Part shown: positions 23,623-35,567 of the stretch, in pieces | Layout: every line of letters starts with the position of its first letter | Numbering within the stretch: the stretch's first letter is position 1 | DNA from: Tubulanus polymorphus | Taxonomy: Eukaryota; Animalia; Nemertea | Length of the DNA stretch: 64,000 nt | NCBI RefSeq assembly: GCF_964204645.1 | Contig: NC_134029.1 | Span: 18,346,950 to 18,410,949 of the forward strand | Direction: 5' to 3' | Notes under the pieces: generated by a model | The model's input: only the letters and a program-made list of their open reading frames with translations | Database searches by the model: none | What the model was told of the DNA's origin: nothing | Program-made: the position numbers and the translations under genes

Positions 23623-24609
23623 ATGACAAATCTATCGACAGCTGATCGGTGTGAATCTTACACTAAACTACCTTCAGTTATTAGATATTATATTGAGGTA
23701 TACGCTGTTCCGCCTCTTCTCACTATGGGTCTCGTATTAAACGGAATTTCGTTTGCAGTTTTCCACAAACAGAAATTGAACAACCGCTGTTATCATCTAC
23801 TCACATGTTTGGCAGCTGTCGATTCTTCGTTTCTAGTCTTTAAATTTTTCCAAGGCCCAGTTCGTTATATCATCGGTTTTAAAGTTCTCGGTAAGGTTAT
23901 CTTTCGAGTCGGCAGTTTTTCGGTGATGCCTCGTATTTTTCTTGGTCTGATTCTATTTTCTACAGCCACTCTCGCAGTGCGCAACTGGCTTAATGTAATC
24001 ATACCTCTCGAACGTCTGATCACAGTTACTTTCTATTTCAAAGCAACAAAGTGGGAAAATTCTCAAATTGACCTCACACTTTTGTTTATATGTTTAAGTG
24101 TTGTCGTGTGTAACTCGTATTACTTTTACACGCGTCAAGTAGGAACGGCCACACGGTATCGATGTGTGCCAGTTGTAGGCGCATTGCCAGCTACAGACAT
24201 CAAACTTTATAAAGTCCTGAATAATGTTGTGAATCCAATTCTATTTGTTATGACGCCCATATTTTTAGTTATGCTTATCAACGCTTTACTACTTATCGTG
24301 GTATCGATCAAATTAAAAGCCAGGTTGAATATTCATTCGACTAAATCGATGACTAGTCTTGACAAAAAGACTCTCAATATGGTCTCAGGTTTGGCGCTGT
24401 TGTTTTTCATTCTAGAATCTCCAAGTACATTAACTAAATTCATACAAGCAACGAGATTCCCTTTGCATAAAACGACGTCAATAACAAATGTAGTGGTTTT
24501 GAATAGCGTTTCTGCTGTTTCGACAATCTTGAATTCTGGTGTAAATTTCTTCGTATACTATGCAACAAATAGGAAATTTAGACGCACTTTGATGCATGGT
24601 CTATCCTAA
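23623..24609 (+). CDS. Intronless class A GPCR (FMRFamide-receptor-like / putative chemoreceptor), copy 1
   Basis: 328 aa, 7 hydrophobic segments, GLVLNG (TM1), LAAVD (TM2), ERL (DRY-like), ILESP (TM6), NFFVYY..NRKFR (TM7/H8). Confidence 0.9.
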   Translation: MTNLSTADRCESYTKLPSVIRYYIEVYAVPPLLTMGLVLNGISFAVFHKQKLNNRCYHLLTCLAAVDSSFLVFKFFQGPVRYIIGFKVLGKVIFRVGSFSVMPRIFLGLILFSTATLAVRNWLNVIIPLERLITVTFYFKATKWENSQIDLTLLFICLSVVVCNSYYFYTRQVGTATRYRCVPVVGALPATDIKLYKVLNNVVNPILFVMTPIFLVMLINALLLIVVSIKLKARLNIHSTKSMTSLDKKTLNMVSGLALLFFILESPSTLTKFIQATRFPLHKTTSITNVVVLNSVSAVSTILNSGVNFFVYYATNRKFRRTLMHGLS

Positions 24610-26089
24610 TAAGTCTACTTCACTATGTACTCTGCGACCTGACAGCATTATCGATGAAGCGAAGGCCTCACCTAGATCCTTCAGTTCAGCATTTTGTGAG
24701 ATTTGATTTAATTTGATATCTTTATTTCGTACCGCGGAGTACAGCGCTCATTGAGCTGCAAAAAACACGATATTCACAACATATCAGTGTGTAAGAGTAT
24801 ATTTAGTATATAATGCCGATATGTGATCTATTTAAGACATAATATACACTTAACATGTTCAAAAATGATCTATAAAGGTAGATACTTCACTATTAGTAAA
24901 ATTGGTAATCGGATAATTCAGAAGTTCTATTATTTGTTGACGTATGGATGAGATCAGTATCGTTATATGATTGGAAGATTATAGGGACTTTGCTTTTAAG
25001 TCATATTGCCACTCGTAATTGTCAAGTTTTAAAGAATATTGGACAAGAAATATTGCAGGACGAAAAAAGTTCATTTTCTTGTATTTCGCCTTCATCCATT
25101 TTTCCAAAACTAACGTTTATTTTGATGCAATGTTGACAATAAAGATTCATATCGATGAAACACATTAAAAAGACTTCAGAGAAATAAAATCAAATGATAA
25201 ACAAATCAAAAGTTGAATCAAAAGTGGTCCGTTGATAAACATAGATACGATTGCACGACCGAGCATAACAACTTAATGTGACTATTTACCTTTCGCATCG
25301 GAGAAGAGACCGATGTAACTATAAAACACTCATTGATAACTACGTGTGCAGTACCAGTAATAGAAGATAAGGAAGATATGGAAATAGAAGTAATAGAAAT
25401 TAAATGCAACTGAAAGGGAGTAACTAAATTTACTGAATGCGTGGTTATATCTTCAATCTTCTTTCAATAGATTTTAAAAAGTAATATTTTGTAATAGGAG
25501 GTGTTAGTTGCCGCCAGTATAGCCCAGAGCAGATGTCGAAGGAACTGATAGTACAACTCGGTAACTTCTCGCAGAGACGAGTGTATACAGGACACCCTCA
25601 AACATGTAAAAAGGACCAACTGCGTCAACATAATACCTCAAAAACGTGGAATGAATTGAATTACTCACGGAAAGTGCCACAGACGAATGCTCATCGTAGG
25701 GTCCTTCTCACAAATCTGCGAAACGCCTTCATTTTGCCTGTGAAAAAATGAGTAATATCGATCTAGTTAGCTCATTTGGAAAATCTTGGATTACCTCCAA
25801 GATATGATGAAATGGATCTGCCGTGTGAATAGTGACCACTGGAGATTTTAGATGCACATTCGTCAGTTATATCTTGTTTGTTTCTGAGTTCGATGCCATC
25901 TTTTTCGATATTTTCCTTATCCTCCTTAACTGAAAAAAAAAAATCAAGGGATAAAAGGACTGACATAATACTGAAGCCGCCTAAACGAATCTATGACAAG
26001 TAACCTAACTTAAGTTCGATTCTTTAAGCAAAGAAACCACAAATTGCCTTCAAAACATACGGAAACGAATGAATCTGATCGGATTCATG

Positions 26090-27460
26090 TACCCATTGGA
26101 AGAAGTGAATGCCTGGTTCAGGTTTTATACATCTTTCCCCTATTGGTTCCGTCTTTATTCTCTTTCCGTCATCAGAAGAAATCGACAATTTAAGTCACGC
26201 TGGAAGATCATTTACAGCCACGTTGATCTTCCACCAGTTTGTGTCTAGGACGCTTTCCATGTACCGTCTGGAGTCCCACGTGCTTCCGAGTACCTTTGGT
26301 CGTTCACCAGGATACGTATAATAATGAATTATCATTGTGACAGTATTTGGTTTACTCGATGCCATAAATCTTCCGGAATACCTTATCGAAAATTGTTGTA
26401 TCATATATAAATGTTTGAATCTATAACGCAGAGTTATGACTTCAGAGCCGATTCCTTTAATTACCTGGTAAAATATGAATATATGGCTGGTATAAAATTG
26501 ACCATCCAGGTAAAATCCCGAAATAATACATTGAAGAACTGAATAATTTGTAACTCTTTCGGTTCAAATCAAATGTAGAAAATATTCAGTTAGGATTGAA
26601 CGCTACCGAAATGTGAATAGTGTAGGCTTATATTTACCATCAGTCATGACGTCAGATTCATTTTCAGTCCCGTCGTTGGTGTATGCGATTGAAGTCTGAT
26701 AAAACTTTTCCATATTTTTTAGCAAACGGAGTAAAGCTAGCGTTGCAAAAACACTAATAGTGACGATTTGATGCGAAAATAGCAACAGAAATTCAGCTAC
26801 TTAAGCCCGGCGCACACCTTTACGATTGATCGTATGATCGCTTCATCGCATGGTTTTATCGCATCGTCGTGAAGGTATGCGGTGGCATCCAGAGCCGATT
26901 TCATCGCATCATCGCTTCATCGCAACAAATCAAACTTGTTTGATATTTTCGCATGCGATTTTTCCGTGCGATGAAAATCGTTAAGGTGTGCGGCTACGCT
27001 GTCGATGTTCCGAACGAAAATTTTTAGTAGCCAATCAGAATTAAGGATGAAGCAATCACGTGATGTTCAAAATGGTGGCTCAGTCACGTGATTGAATCCA
27101 ACTCGAGGCCCTCATAAAAAATAAAGGTATGCGGGGATGATGCGATTTTCATCGTGTTATCGCGTCATCGCATGCGATGATACGATAACACGATGATCGC
27201 AAAGGTGCGCGCCCGGCTTTACCAACTGAATCCATGGCATCAAAACTTGGTAAACAATGGCACAGAAAAGTGGAGGTGGTTAGCAACCACTGATAAGCAT
27301 TATGAAGTAGAAGTGAAGGATCGCTTAGAAAGCCAGAAAAAGGACCTTCCGCTCGTTTTTTTTAAATTAAGTTTCAAAATCACCAATATGAGCGTAGCGA
27401 AAACGGCCGCTTTCCATAACCATTTCACCCGAGCTGCATCCTCAAAATTCCATCTGCCTG
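26090..27460 (-). pseudogene. Decayed gene with TM segments and CBM20-like C-terminus (STBD1-like), interrupted by a MITE
   Basis: Hydrophobic N-part (WLWKAAVFATLILVIL; FLLLFSHQIVTISVFATLALLR) with stops; TVTMIIHYYTYPGERPKVLGSTWD...M...NWWKINVAV resembles CBM20; in-frame TGA at 26195. Confidence 0.4.
26804..27218. mobile_element. PIF/Harbinger MITE
   Basis: TIRs AGCCCGGCGCACACCT / AGGTGCGCGCCCGGCT, 3-bp TSD TTA at 26801-26803 and 27219-27221, internal CATCG/CGATG repeats. Confidence 0.85.
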
Positions 27461-27689
27461 GAGTAAGAAAGATGGCATGTTTCCCTCACACCCAACACAT
27501 CTATCATGCTTGGTTTCTTGTTCTTGTAACAGGATGCTGATATTCCGAGTGGTGGTACATACACCATGATGTTCTAGATCATCCGTGATTGTAAAAACCA
27601 AATAATACAGAAAACCACAACAGATTCTTCATTCATGAATTTTTTATTCTGTGCAGAAAATATACAAGAGAATATTCTAATTCATATAA

Positions 27690-27765
27690 TGAATCTAGAA
27701 GAGTCTGTCTATACTTAGTTTTAGTTGCATAGTACGCAAAAAATTGACACATGGATCCAAGTAAG
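27690..27765 (-). pseudogene. GPCR 3'-end fragment
   Basis: LLGSMCQFFAYYATKTKYRQTL-like sequence homologous to TM7/H8 of the cluster. Confidence 0.55.
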
Positions 27766-28124
27766 TAGGATGTAAAAAATGACGATGACTTGGCGACTGG
27801 TCGACTGGGGGTGATTGGGTGTCTGGTTGACCGGGCGACTGGACGAATCGTCGACTGGTTCACTAGCTGACTGGTCAACTGGATGACTGGATGACGGGTC
27901 TTCACTTGCACCCAGATTTGCTGTATGCTCTCATGCAAGATCTACTGAAAGAGATATTCGTGAAAAAAATATATATGGCCCATAAGGCAATTTTACTACG
28001 AATTATTAGATATGCAGATTATATTTTAGTTGATACTTTTAGTAATTAGGTGGTCAGAAATCTAATACTAATTGGATCTTTATAAATGAATGACTGGATC
28101 GGAGATAACGATGTTTTTTAACAC

Positions 28125-28654
28125 TTTTGTTTATATCTTTATGCGCTGTCGTTTGTAACTCGTATTACTTTTACACGCGTAACGTCGGAACGGCCACACG
28201 GTATCGATGTGTGCCAATTGTAAGTGCATTGCCAGCTACAGACATTGGACTTTATAGAGTCATGAATAATGTTGTGAATCCGATTCTATTTGTTATGGCG
28301 CCCATATTTCTAGTTATGCTTATCAACGCTTTAATACTTATCGTGGTATCGATCAAATTAAAAGCCAGGTCGAATAATCATTCGACTATATCACCGACTA
28401 GTCTCGACAAAAAGACTATTAATATGGTCACAGGTTTGGCGCTCTTGTTTTTTATTTTAGAGTCTCCGAGTACATTATCTAAATTCATACAAGCAACGAG
28501 ATTTCCTTTACATAAAATGACATCAATAACAAATGTAGTGATTTTGAATAGTGTTTCCGCAGTTTAGTCTGTCTTGAATTCATGTGTCAATTTCTTTGTA
28601 TACTTTTCAACCAATGGGAAATTTAGACGCGCTCTGATACACGGCCTTTCTTAA
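28125..28654 (+). pseudogene. 5'-deleted GPCR paralog
   Basis: Starts abruptly in TM4 (FISLCAVVCNSYYFY), in-frame TAG at 28565-28567, continues to ...NGKFRRALIHGLS stop. Confidence 0.85.
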
Positions 28655-29059
28655 AAGAGTCTAGTTCAATATCGACTTTCTTTCAACTACCATCAGACAT
28701 CGGCCAACGAAAGACCTTGCCAAAATCCTTACAGTTCAACCGGTTGTCAGATTTTCATTCTTAATAATTCATTGTTACGACTATTATACGTACACAAGAG
28801 GGATTGCAGGACGATATCGGGGACGATATTTTCTTTTGTTTGGTCACGGTGCATTTTCTCCAAAACTTTCGTTCATTTTGGCGCTTAGTTGGTAAAAACA
28901 CAAAAAAATTCACATCGAGGAATCATGTTAAATGTTAAATAGCTTAGATGAATATTATCAAATGAAAACCGATTTGAAGTGAAATCATCTGTGATTTTGT
29001 CTGTTTATGAAAGTAGATGACTGGGCCAAAGTATAGTATACGGAAAATGGAACGATGAG

Positions 29060-32000
29060 AATTAAAACGACAAAAATTAATTAATAATATAATGTAATAT
29101 AATTTTCACTTAACAGATCATTATTTGGAAATGATAAGGATTAAATAAATTTAAAAAGATTATGATTTGAATATTTTAACTATTTGATTTTATCATTTTT
29201 CTATTCAAATCTTATATTTCTTTTCAAAAAAGACATTGAATATATCATGAATTCATTTATATATAAATGACATTATACTAGCTATTATATTTTATTATTC
29301 TTTTTTTAAAGAAAATCTATTGTTTCTAGTTAAAAACTGAAATGTTTTATATCTCAAATACATTTAAACAAAAATATAATAATTCAACTAGCTAGTATTA
29401 TTCTAGTATTTTTCCAGTATCATATAAAGAATAAAGAATATAATTGCTATTATAAATATGTAAATTTTATATAAATCAATTTATACAAAATAGATAGTTA
29501 AAATATATAAATTCTAAATAAAATCTTTTTAAATTAATTTGATATTAATTATTTATATATCATTTTATTATTATCAATGTATATTATATAATGATCAATA
29601 TTTATTTTATCATATCATATAATTGTCAATGTTTTATATGAAAATTTCTGGAATATATATTTCATGAATCTTCCTGTATGAGATGTATGAGGAAGAATAA
29701 AGAATCTTCCTTTTAGCCATACATCTCATACATAAAGACTAATAAAATATATTTCAGAATTTATCTTATTTTCAAATGATACGTATTAGATTATGTATTA
29801 AAGTAAATATATTTTAAATTTATTTCATTAATCTATCGAGTTCATGGATATATCTATGATATTTTAAACTTTTTTTCATTTTTAAACTTTTTATTAAATA
29901 TTTCACAACATTTGATATTATTCATTCTATCTGATAGATGATTTATATTAGTTTTTGATTCTGAGTGTTTAATTTTACAAGTATCATAAAATTCTAACAA
30001 TTGTTTCGATGAGTAAATTGAAACAGATAAAATCATAATAATCAATCCATTTTCTCCTGATTTTTATATCTTAAATTTAATATAAATTACTCATTTACAT
30101 AAATGAAAATAAAAGATACTGTGATTAAGGGTTTATATGCATCTGATATATTAATATATCTTATTGTGAAATATTAATGAAATATTTTGATTTTAAGATA
30201 GCCATAGATAAGTTTGAATTAATTGATATGATAAAATTGTTATCATTAATATTTGTATCTGAAATTACAATTGATTTTTTAGTCAAGATTTTATACCGTT
30301 TAATCCTCTAATTCTTTTAAAATATTAACTTTTTAATGATTATTACCATTCAATTTTTAAAATTTCTTACTTAATTTTATATTTCCATGTTATAAATCTT
30401 CTGAAATATACACAAAATAAAAGTATAATGTTACGGATATTAATCCTCCTGCTACTAAATAATGTTTTAAATCACTACTTCCTGTTGGTATGAAATAATT
30501 CATTTATTTATGAAAATAATTAAAAGATTAATTAATATTTGAAACATATAATTCAATATTTAAGATTTTATTTTAGTATTCAAAATCTATTTTTTAATAT
30601 ATCAAACTATAATATTTAAAAAAAACATAATTTGATATTTGCTGAATTGAATTTCAATATTTTGTAATGATTTTAAATATTAAAATTTTACATATTTGAA
30701 ACATATATTCTATCAGTCAACTTGATCTATTTTCATTTTAGAATAATTACTCTTTTGATAGTTTTTATGTTTGATTGTTTGCTTATGCTTTGATTTATGT
30801 GATTTTGAATATTTACCTCCACAATAACAATACATGTTTTCATTAGGATTAAATTTTTTCGATTCATTTTCTAAATCACATTAAATTCCAATATTTGATG
30901 TATTTTCATCATAAATTATTTGTTTATCATCAAAATTGAAATAACTTAATTGTCGTTTGTCAACTCTTAAGTTAAACATATCATTACCTTTTATATCAGT
31001 TTTTCTTTCATTAAAAGGAATTTTAAGAATATTTATTATGTTTTCATCTACATTACCTTTATATTTTAACATTGTGCTAAATATTTAAGGATTTTTAACC
31101 CCATTATCTAAATTATCTATTAGTTCAATAATTAGATATGTCTCATGTTATAGTATTTGAATAATTAGACAGATATTATCAATATTATATTGTCTTCCAT
31201 ACACTAAATGTTTTGCTGAGATATAATTTTTAATGTTAAATATTGAAAATAAGCTATTAGTTTCTTTTATTTCAATTTTAAATTCGGTTTCTTCTTTCAT
31301 TAGTATAGCAAAATTTTTGTTAAATTGAATTTTGTAGATTATATATATTTTTAAATGTAAATTATTTTACTAACACTTCTAATATTTTAAAATCTAAATT
31401 ATTTTACTCACACTTTACCAACACTTTTTATATTGAATAATATTTATGATATCTATGAACGAGATATACAAGTAAGAAACTAAAAATTCTTTAAGAATTA
31501 TCTAAGAATTCTTTGATAATTCTTTAAAACTTCTTTAAGAATTCTTGGATGATAAAATTTAAATATGAATTATATCATAACTTTTTTTCTAATATCAATT
31601 ATCATTATATATTTCATTTAACATTTCATGATCATAATTTCTATAATATTTATTATTATTTTTTATCATTTTTACTATTTTTTTAGTATGAAGTATTAAA
31701 AAATCTATTTTTATTAACTCGTTAATTACTCGTTACTTTTAATTAAAAACTTAATAATTATTTTACTATATTTCTATGTTTTCAGTAAAAATCTAGAATT
31801 ATTTTACCCACACTTTACTCACACCTTTTTATATTAAAAAAATTTTATTTCTTTATTAAAACTTCTATTGATCAAAAATTGTTAAATTGAATTTTGTACT
31901 TTGTTTTGAATCTAAATCATTTTACTGACACTTTTAATATTTTAATATCTAAATTATTTTACTCACACTTTACTAACACTTTTTATAATGAAAACTATTT

Positions 32001-33171
32001 ATGATATCGATGAACGAGATTTACGAGCAAGAAACTAAGAATTCTTTAAGAACTATCTAGGAATTATTTAATAATTCTTTAAAACTTCTTTAAGAATTCT
32101 TGGATGATAAAATTTAAATATGAATTATATCATAACTTTTTTTTCGAATATCAATAGTTATTATATAATTCATTTAACATTTCATAATTTCTATGATATT
32201 TATTATTATTTTTTTATCATATTTACTATTTTTTTAGTATAAAGTATTAAAAAATCTATTTTTATCAACTCGTTAATTACTCGTTACTTTTGATTAAAAA
32301 CTTAATTATTTTACTATATTTCTATGTTTTCAGTAAAAAATCATTTTACCCACACTTTACTCACACTTTTTATATTTTAAAAATTTTATTTATTTATTAA
32401 AACGTCTATTTATCAAAAATTGTTAAATTGAATTTTGTATTTTGTTTTGAATCTAAATTTTTTTACTGACACTTTTAATATTCTAAAATCTAAATTATTT
32501 TACTCACACTTCACTATCACTTTTTATATTGATAACTATTTATGATATCTATGAACGAGATGTACGAGTAAGAAACTAAGAATTCTTTAAGAATTATCTA
32601 AGAATTCTTTAATAATTCTTTAAAACTTCTTTAAGAATTCTTGGATGATAAAATTTAAATATGAATTATATCATAACTTTTTTTTCTAATATCAATCTAA
32701 TTATTATATATTTCATTTAACATTTCATTATTTCTATAATATTTATTATTATTTTAAATAATTTTACCTATTTTTTTAGTATAAAGTATTAAAAAATCTA
32801 TTTTTATCAACTCGTTAATTACTCGTTACTTTTGATTAAAAACTTAATTATTTTACTATATTTCTATGTTTTCAATAAAAATCTAAAATTATTGTAGCCC
32901 ACACTTTACTCACACTTTTTATATTTTAAAAGTTTTATTTCTTTATTAAAACTTCTATTTATTAAAATGTTTGATTATTTGATATTTCTCTAAAAGCATA
33001 GTGAAAACCATAATTTTTGAATTCTCGCGCGACGAAACCAAAAGTTTTGAATTCTCGCTCGAGAAAACCGAAAGTTCTGAATTCTCGTGAGAGAAAACCA
33101 AATAACGGGCCAATGTGAAAATGCTCTAGCCGTACAGAAATTTTTTTAGCAAGGCCCGAATCAGCCACCAT
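29060..33171 (-). mobile_element. Extremely AT-rich virus-like insert with decayed ORFs, tandem repeats and a structured terminus
   Basis: Sharp AT increase; minus-strand motif YCYCGGKYSKSHKSKHKQTIKHKNY (30755-30835); decayed ORF ~30881-31280; terminus 33000-33171 homologous to 45411-45580. Left boundary approximate. Confidence 0.55.
31315..32962. repeat. Three tandem copies of a ~550-bp AT-rich unit
   Basis: ATGAACGAGAT...AAGAAACTAA recurs at ~31455, ~32010, ~32551; each unit has AAGAATTCTT palindromes and ACTCACACTTTAC motifs. Confidence 0.9.
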
Positions 33172-33184
33172 AAATATGTAATCT

Positions 33185-33375
33185 ATATAATATGAGAGTG
33201 ATTGGGGATGAGTACCATTTTGTTCTAGAATGCCCTTTCCTTCAGAATCTTCGCACCCGGTTCCTTAAACCATACATTAGAATATGACCAAGTTTCTTCA
33301 AATTGATACATTCTAAGGACAAACAGCTCGGTAACCTGTCTCGCTTTATACAGCAAAGTTCAAAGTTTCTTTAAC
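33185..33375 (+). mobile_element. LINE ORF2 C-terminal fragment (same type as 8230-8525)
   Basis: IGDEYHFVLECP...LRTRFLKPYIR. Confidence 0.65.
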
Positions 33376-33884
33376 TAATATAAAATATGTTTCGTTTGTT
33401 CAATTTCCGCCTTAAACTATCGTTAATTGATTGATAAGTATTCAAGTATTTCTTACCCATTTTAACTGCATGAAACCTATTTTTTTTGCAACCCAAAAAT
33501 TAAACTCACCAAGAAAACTGATTTCACAAAATACATACATCACGGTATAACCAATCAACGACATATATTCGATAATCGTGGCAACTACATAATTTAATCA
33601 TAAAATAAATATATAATTTATTTTCGTAAACCATAATGCACATAATCACATGAACAGTTGTATTTTTTGAAAATAGGACCTGTTGGGGCGTAATAAGCTG
33701 CGATTTATCTCAGAATATATGTAAACTGGAAGGGAGTCACTGAATTTACTGAACGCGTGCATATATCAATTTTCATTTGCTAATCCTTAGGTAGTTAGAA
33801 ATCTAACACTAATTGGATAATAATTTTTTAGATTGATGGTTGTATTTTGCACTTCGTTAAATTCGTACTTTCAATTTCCTTGCT

Positions 33885-34871
33885 ATGACAAACCTATCGA
33901 CGGCTGAGCGGTGTGAATCTTACACTAAACTACCTTCAGTAATTAGATTTTATGTTGAGGTCTACGTTGTACCTCCTCTACTGACTATGGGCCTCGTGTT
34001 GAACGGGATTTCTTTTGCATTTTTCTATAGATTGAAATCCAACAACCGCTGTTATCATCTACTCACATGTTTGGCAGCTGTCGATTCTTCGTTTCTAGTC
34101 TTTAAATTTTTCCAAGGCCCAGTTCGTTATATCATCGGTTTCAAAGTTCTCGGTAAGGTTATCTTTCGAGTCGGCAGTTTTTCGGTGATGCCTCGTATTT
34201 TTCTGGGTCTAATACTGTTTTCTAAAGGCACTCTTGTTGTCCGGAACTGGCTAAATGTGATCATACCTCTAGAACGACTGATCACAGTGACTTTGTATTT
34301 CAAAGCAACGAATTGGAAAAATGTTCAAATTGACCTCACACTTTTGTTTATATCTTCAATTGCCGTCGTGTGTAACTTATATTACTTTTACACGCGCAAA
34401 ATTGGAACGACCTCAAATTACCGTTGTGTTCCACTTGTAATTGCATTACCAGCGATAAACATTAAACTTTATAAAGTACTGAATAATATTGTGAATCCAA
34501 TTCTATTTGTTATGACGCCCATATTTCTAGTAATGCTTCTCAACGCTTTACTACTTATCGCGGTATCGATAAAATTAAAGGCGAGGTCGAATATTCATTC
34601 GACTAAATCGATGACTAGTCTCGACAAAAAGACTATCAATATGGTCACAGGTTTGGCGCTGTTGTTTTTTATTCTAGAATCTCCAAGTACATTATCTAAA
34701 TTCATAAAAGCAACGAGATTCCCTTTACATAAAGTGACATCAATAACAAATGTAGTGATTTTGAATAGTGTATCTACAGTTTCGTCTATCTTGAATTCAT
34801 GTGTCAATTTCTTCGTATACTTAGCAACCAATGCCAAATTTAGACGCGCTCTGATGCGTGGTCGTTCCTGA
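33885..34871 (+). CDS. Intronless class A GPCR, copy 2
   Basis: 328 aa ORF, close paralog of 23623-24609. Confidence 0.9.
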   Translation: MTNLSTAERCESYTKLPSVIRFYVEVYVVPPLLTMGLVLNGISFAFFYRLKSNNRCYHLLTCLAAVDSSFLVFKFFQGPVRYIIGFKVLGKVIFRVGSFSVMPRIFLGLILFSKGTLVVRNWLNVIIPLERLITVTLYFKATNWKNVQIDLTLLFISSIAVVCNLYYFYTRKIGTTSNYRCVPLVIALPAINIKLYKVLNNIVNPILFVMTPIFLVMLLNALLLIAVSIKLKARSNIHSTKSMTSLDKKTINMVTGLALLFFILESPSTLSKFIKATRFPLHKVTSITNVVILNSVSTVSSILNSCVNFFVYLATNAKFRRALMRGRS

Positions 34872-35084
34872 AAATGTCTACGCCGTGTTCTGCCACCAGA
34901 CTGCATTATTAATTGGCCACACACAAAATCCTTACAGTCCACTCTTACTCTACGTTTGCCAGATTGTCACTCGTAATAATTAACTGTATGGACAATTAGA
35001 CAGGGAGGATTACAGGACGAAAATAGACATTAATCTTTCATTTTGGTCACGGTGCATTTTCTCCAAAACCTCCGTTTATTTTGA

Positions 35085-35350
35085 TGCGAGTCGGCGGTTT
35101 TCGGTGATGGCTCGTATTTTTTTTTGGTGTAACACTATTTTCTAAAGCCGCTCTTGCAGTGCAAAACTGGCTATATGTAATTATACCTCTCGATAGAAAA
35201 GGCTTTTAATTTGGTCACAGATATGGCACTGTAGCTGTTATTTGTTATTTAAGAATCCCCAAGTACACTTATGCCTACATTCAAAAAACCAACGAGATAA
35301 AGTAACGTCGAAAACAATTATTCGTATTATGTATAGTGATTTTGAATAAC
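35085..35350 (+). pseudogene. Internally deleted GPCR fragment
   Basis: GAGTCGGCGGTTTTCGGTGATGGCTCGT...AACTGGCTA..TAATTATACCTCTCGA then TM6-like GGTCACAG...GAATCCCCAAGTACA. Confidence 0.6.
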
Positions 35351-35520
35351 ATAATTTAGTTAAAGGCGTACGCGTATTCAGTAATCCTTTGATATATTTT
35401 GTACACATTTACAATTTCAATCACAATATTTGGAATGATACGCTTGGCTTTGCAAGCGAGTCGGAGTCGGGTCAGAACGTAAATTGAAATCGGCGATCCG
35501 CAACAACAAATCTACCCTAC

Positions 35521-35530
35521 TATATATAAG
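35521..35530 (+). promoter_or_regulatory. TATA box of metalloprotease gene
   Basis: TATATATAAG about 40 nt upstream of the ATG at 35568. Confidence 0.55.
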
Positions 35531-35567
35531 TAGTCCAATCCATTTCCGAAATCATTTCGAAGCTGAT

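Noticed and set aside
30881-31072. Protein-primed DNA polymerase C-terminus (FDDKQII)
   Set aside because: Only a short resemblance; no upstream polymerase motifs visible.
33005-33105. ~30-bp repeats as a CRISPR array (also 45490-45680)
   Set aside because: Directly tandem with no unique spacers, no cas genes, eukaryotic context.
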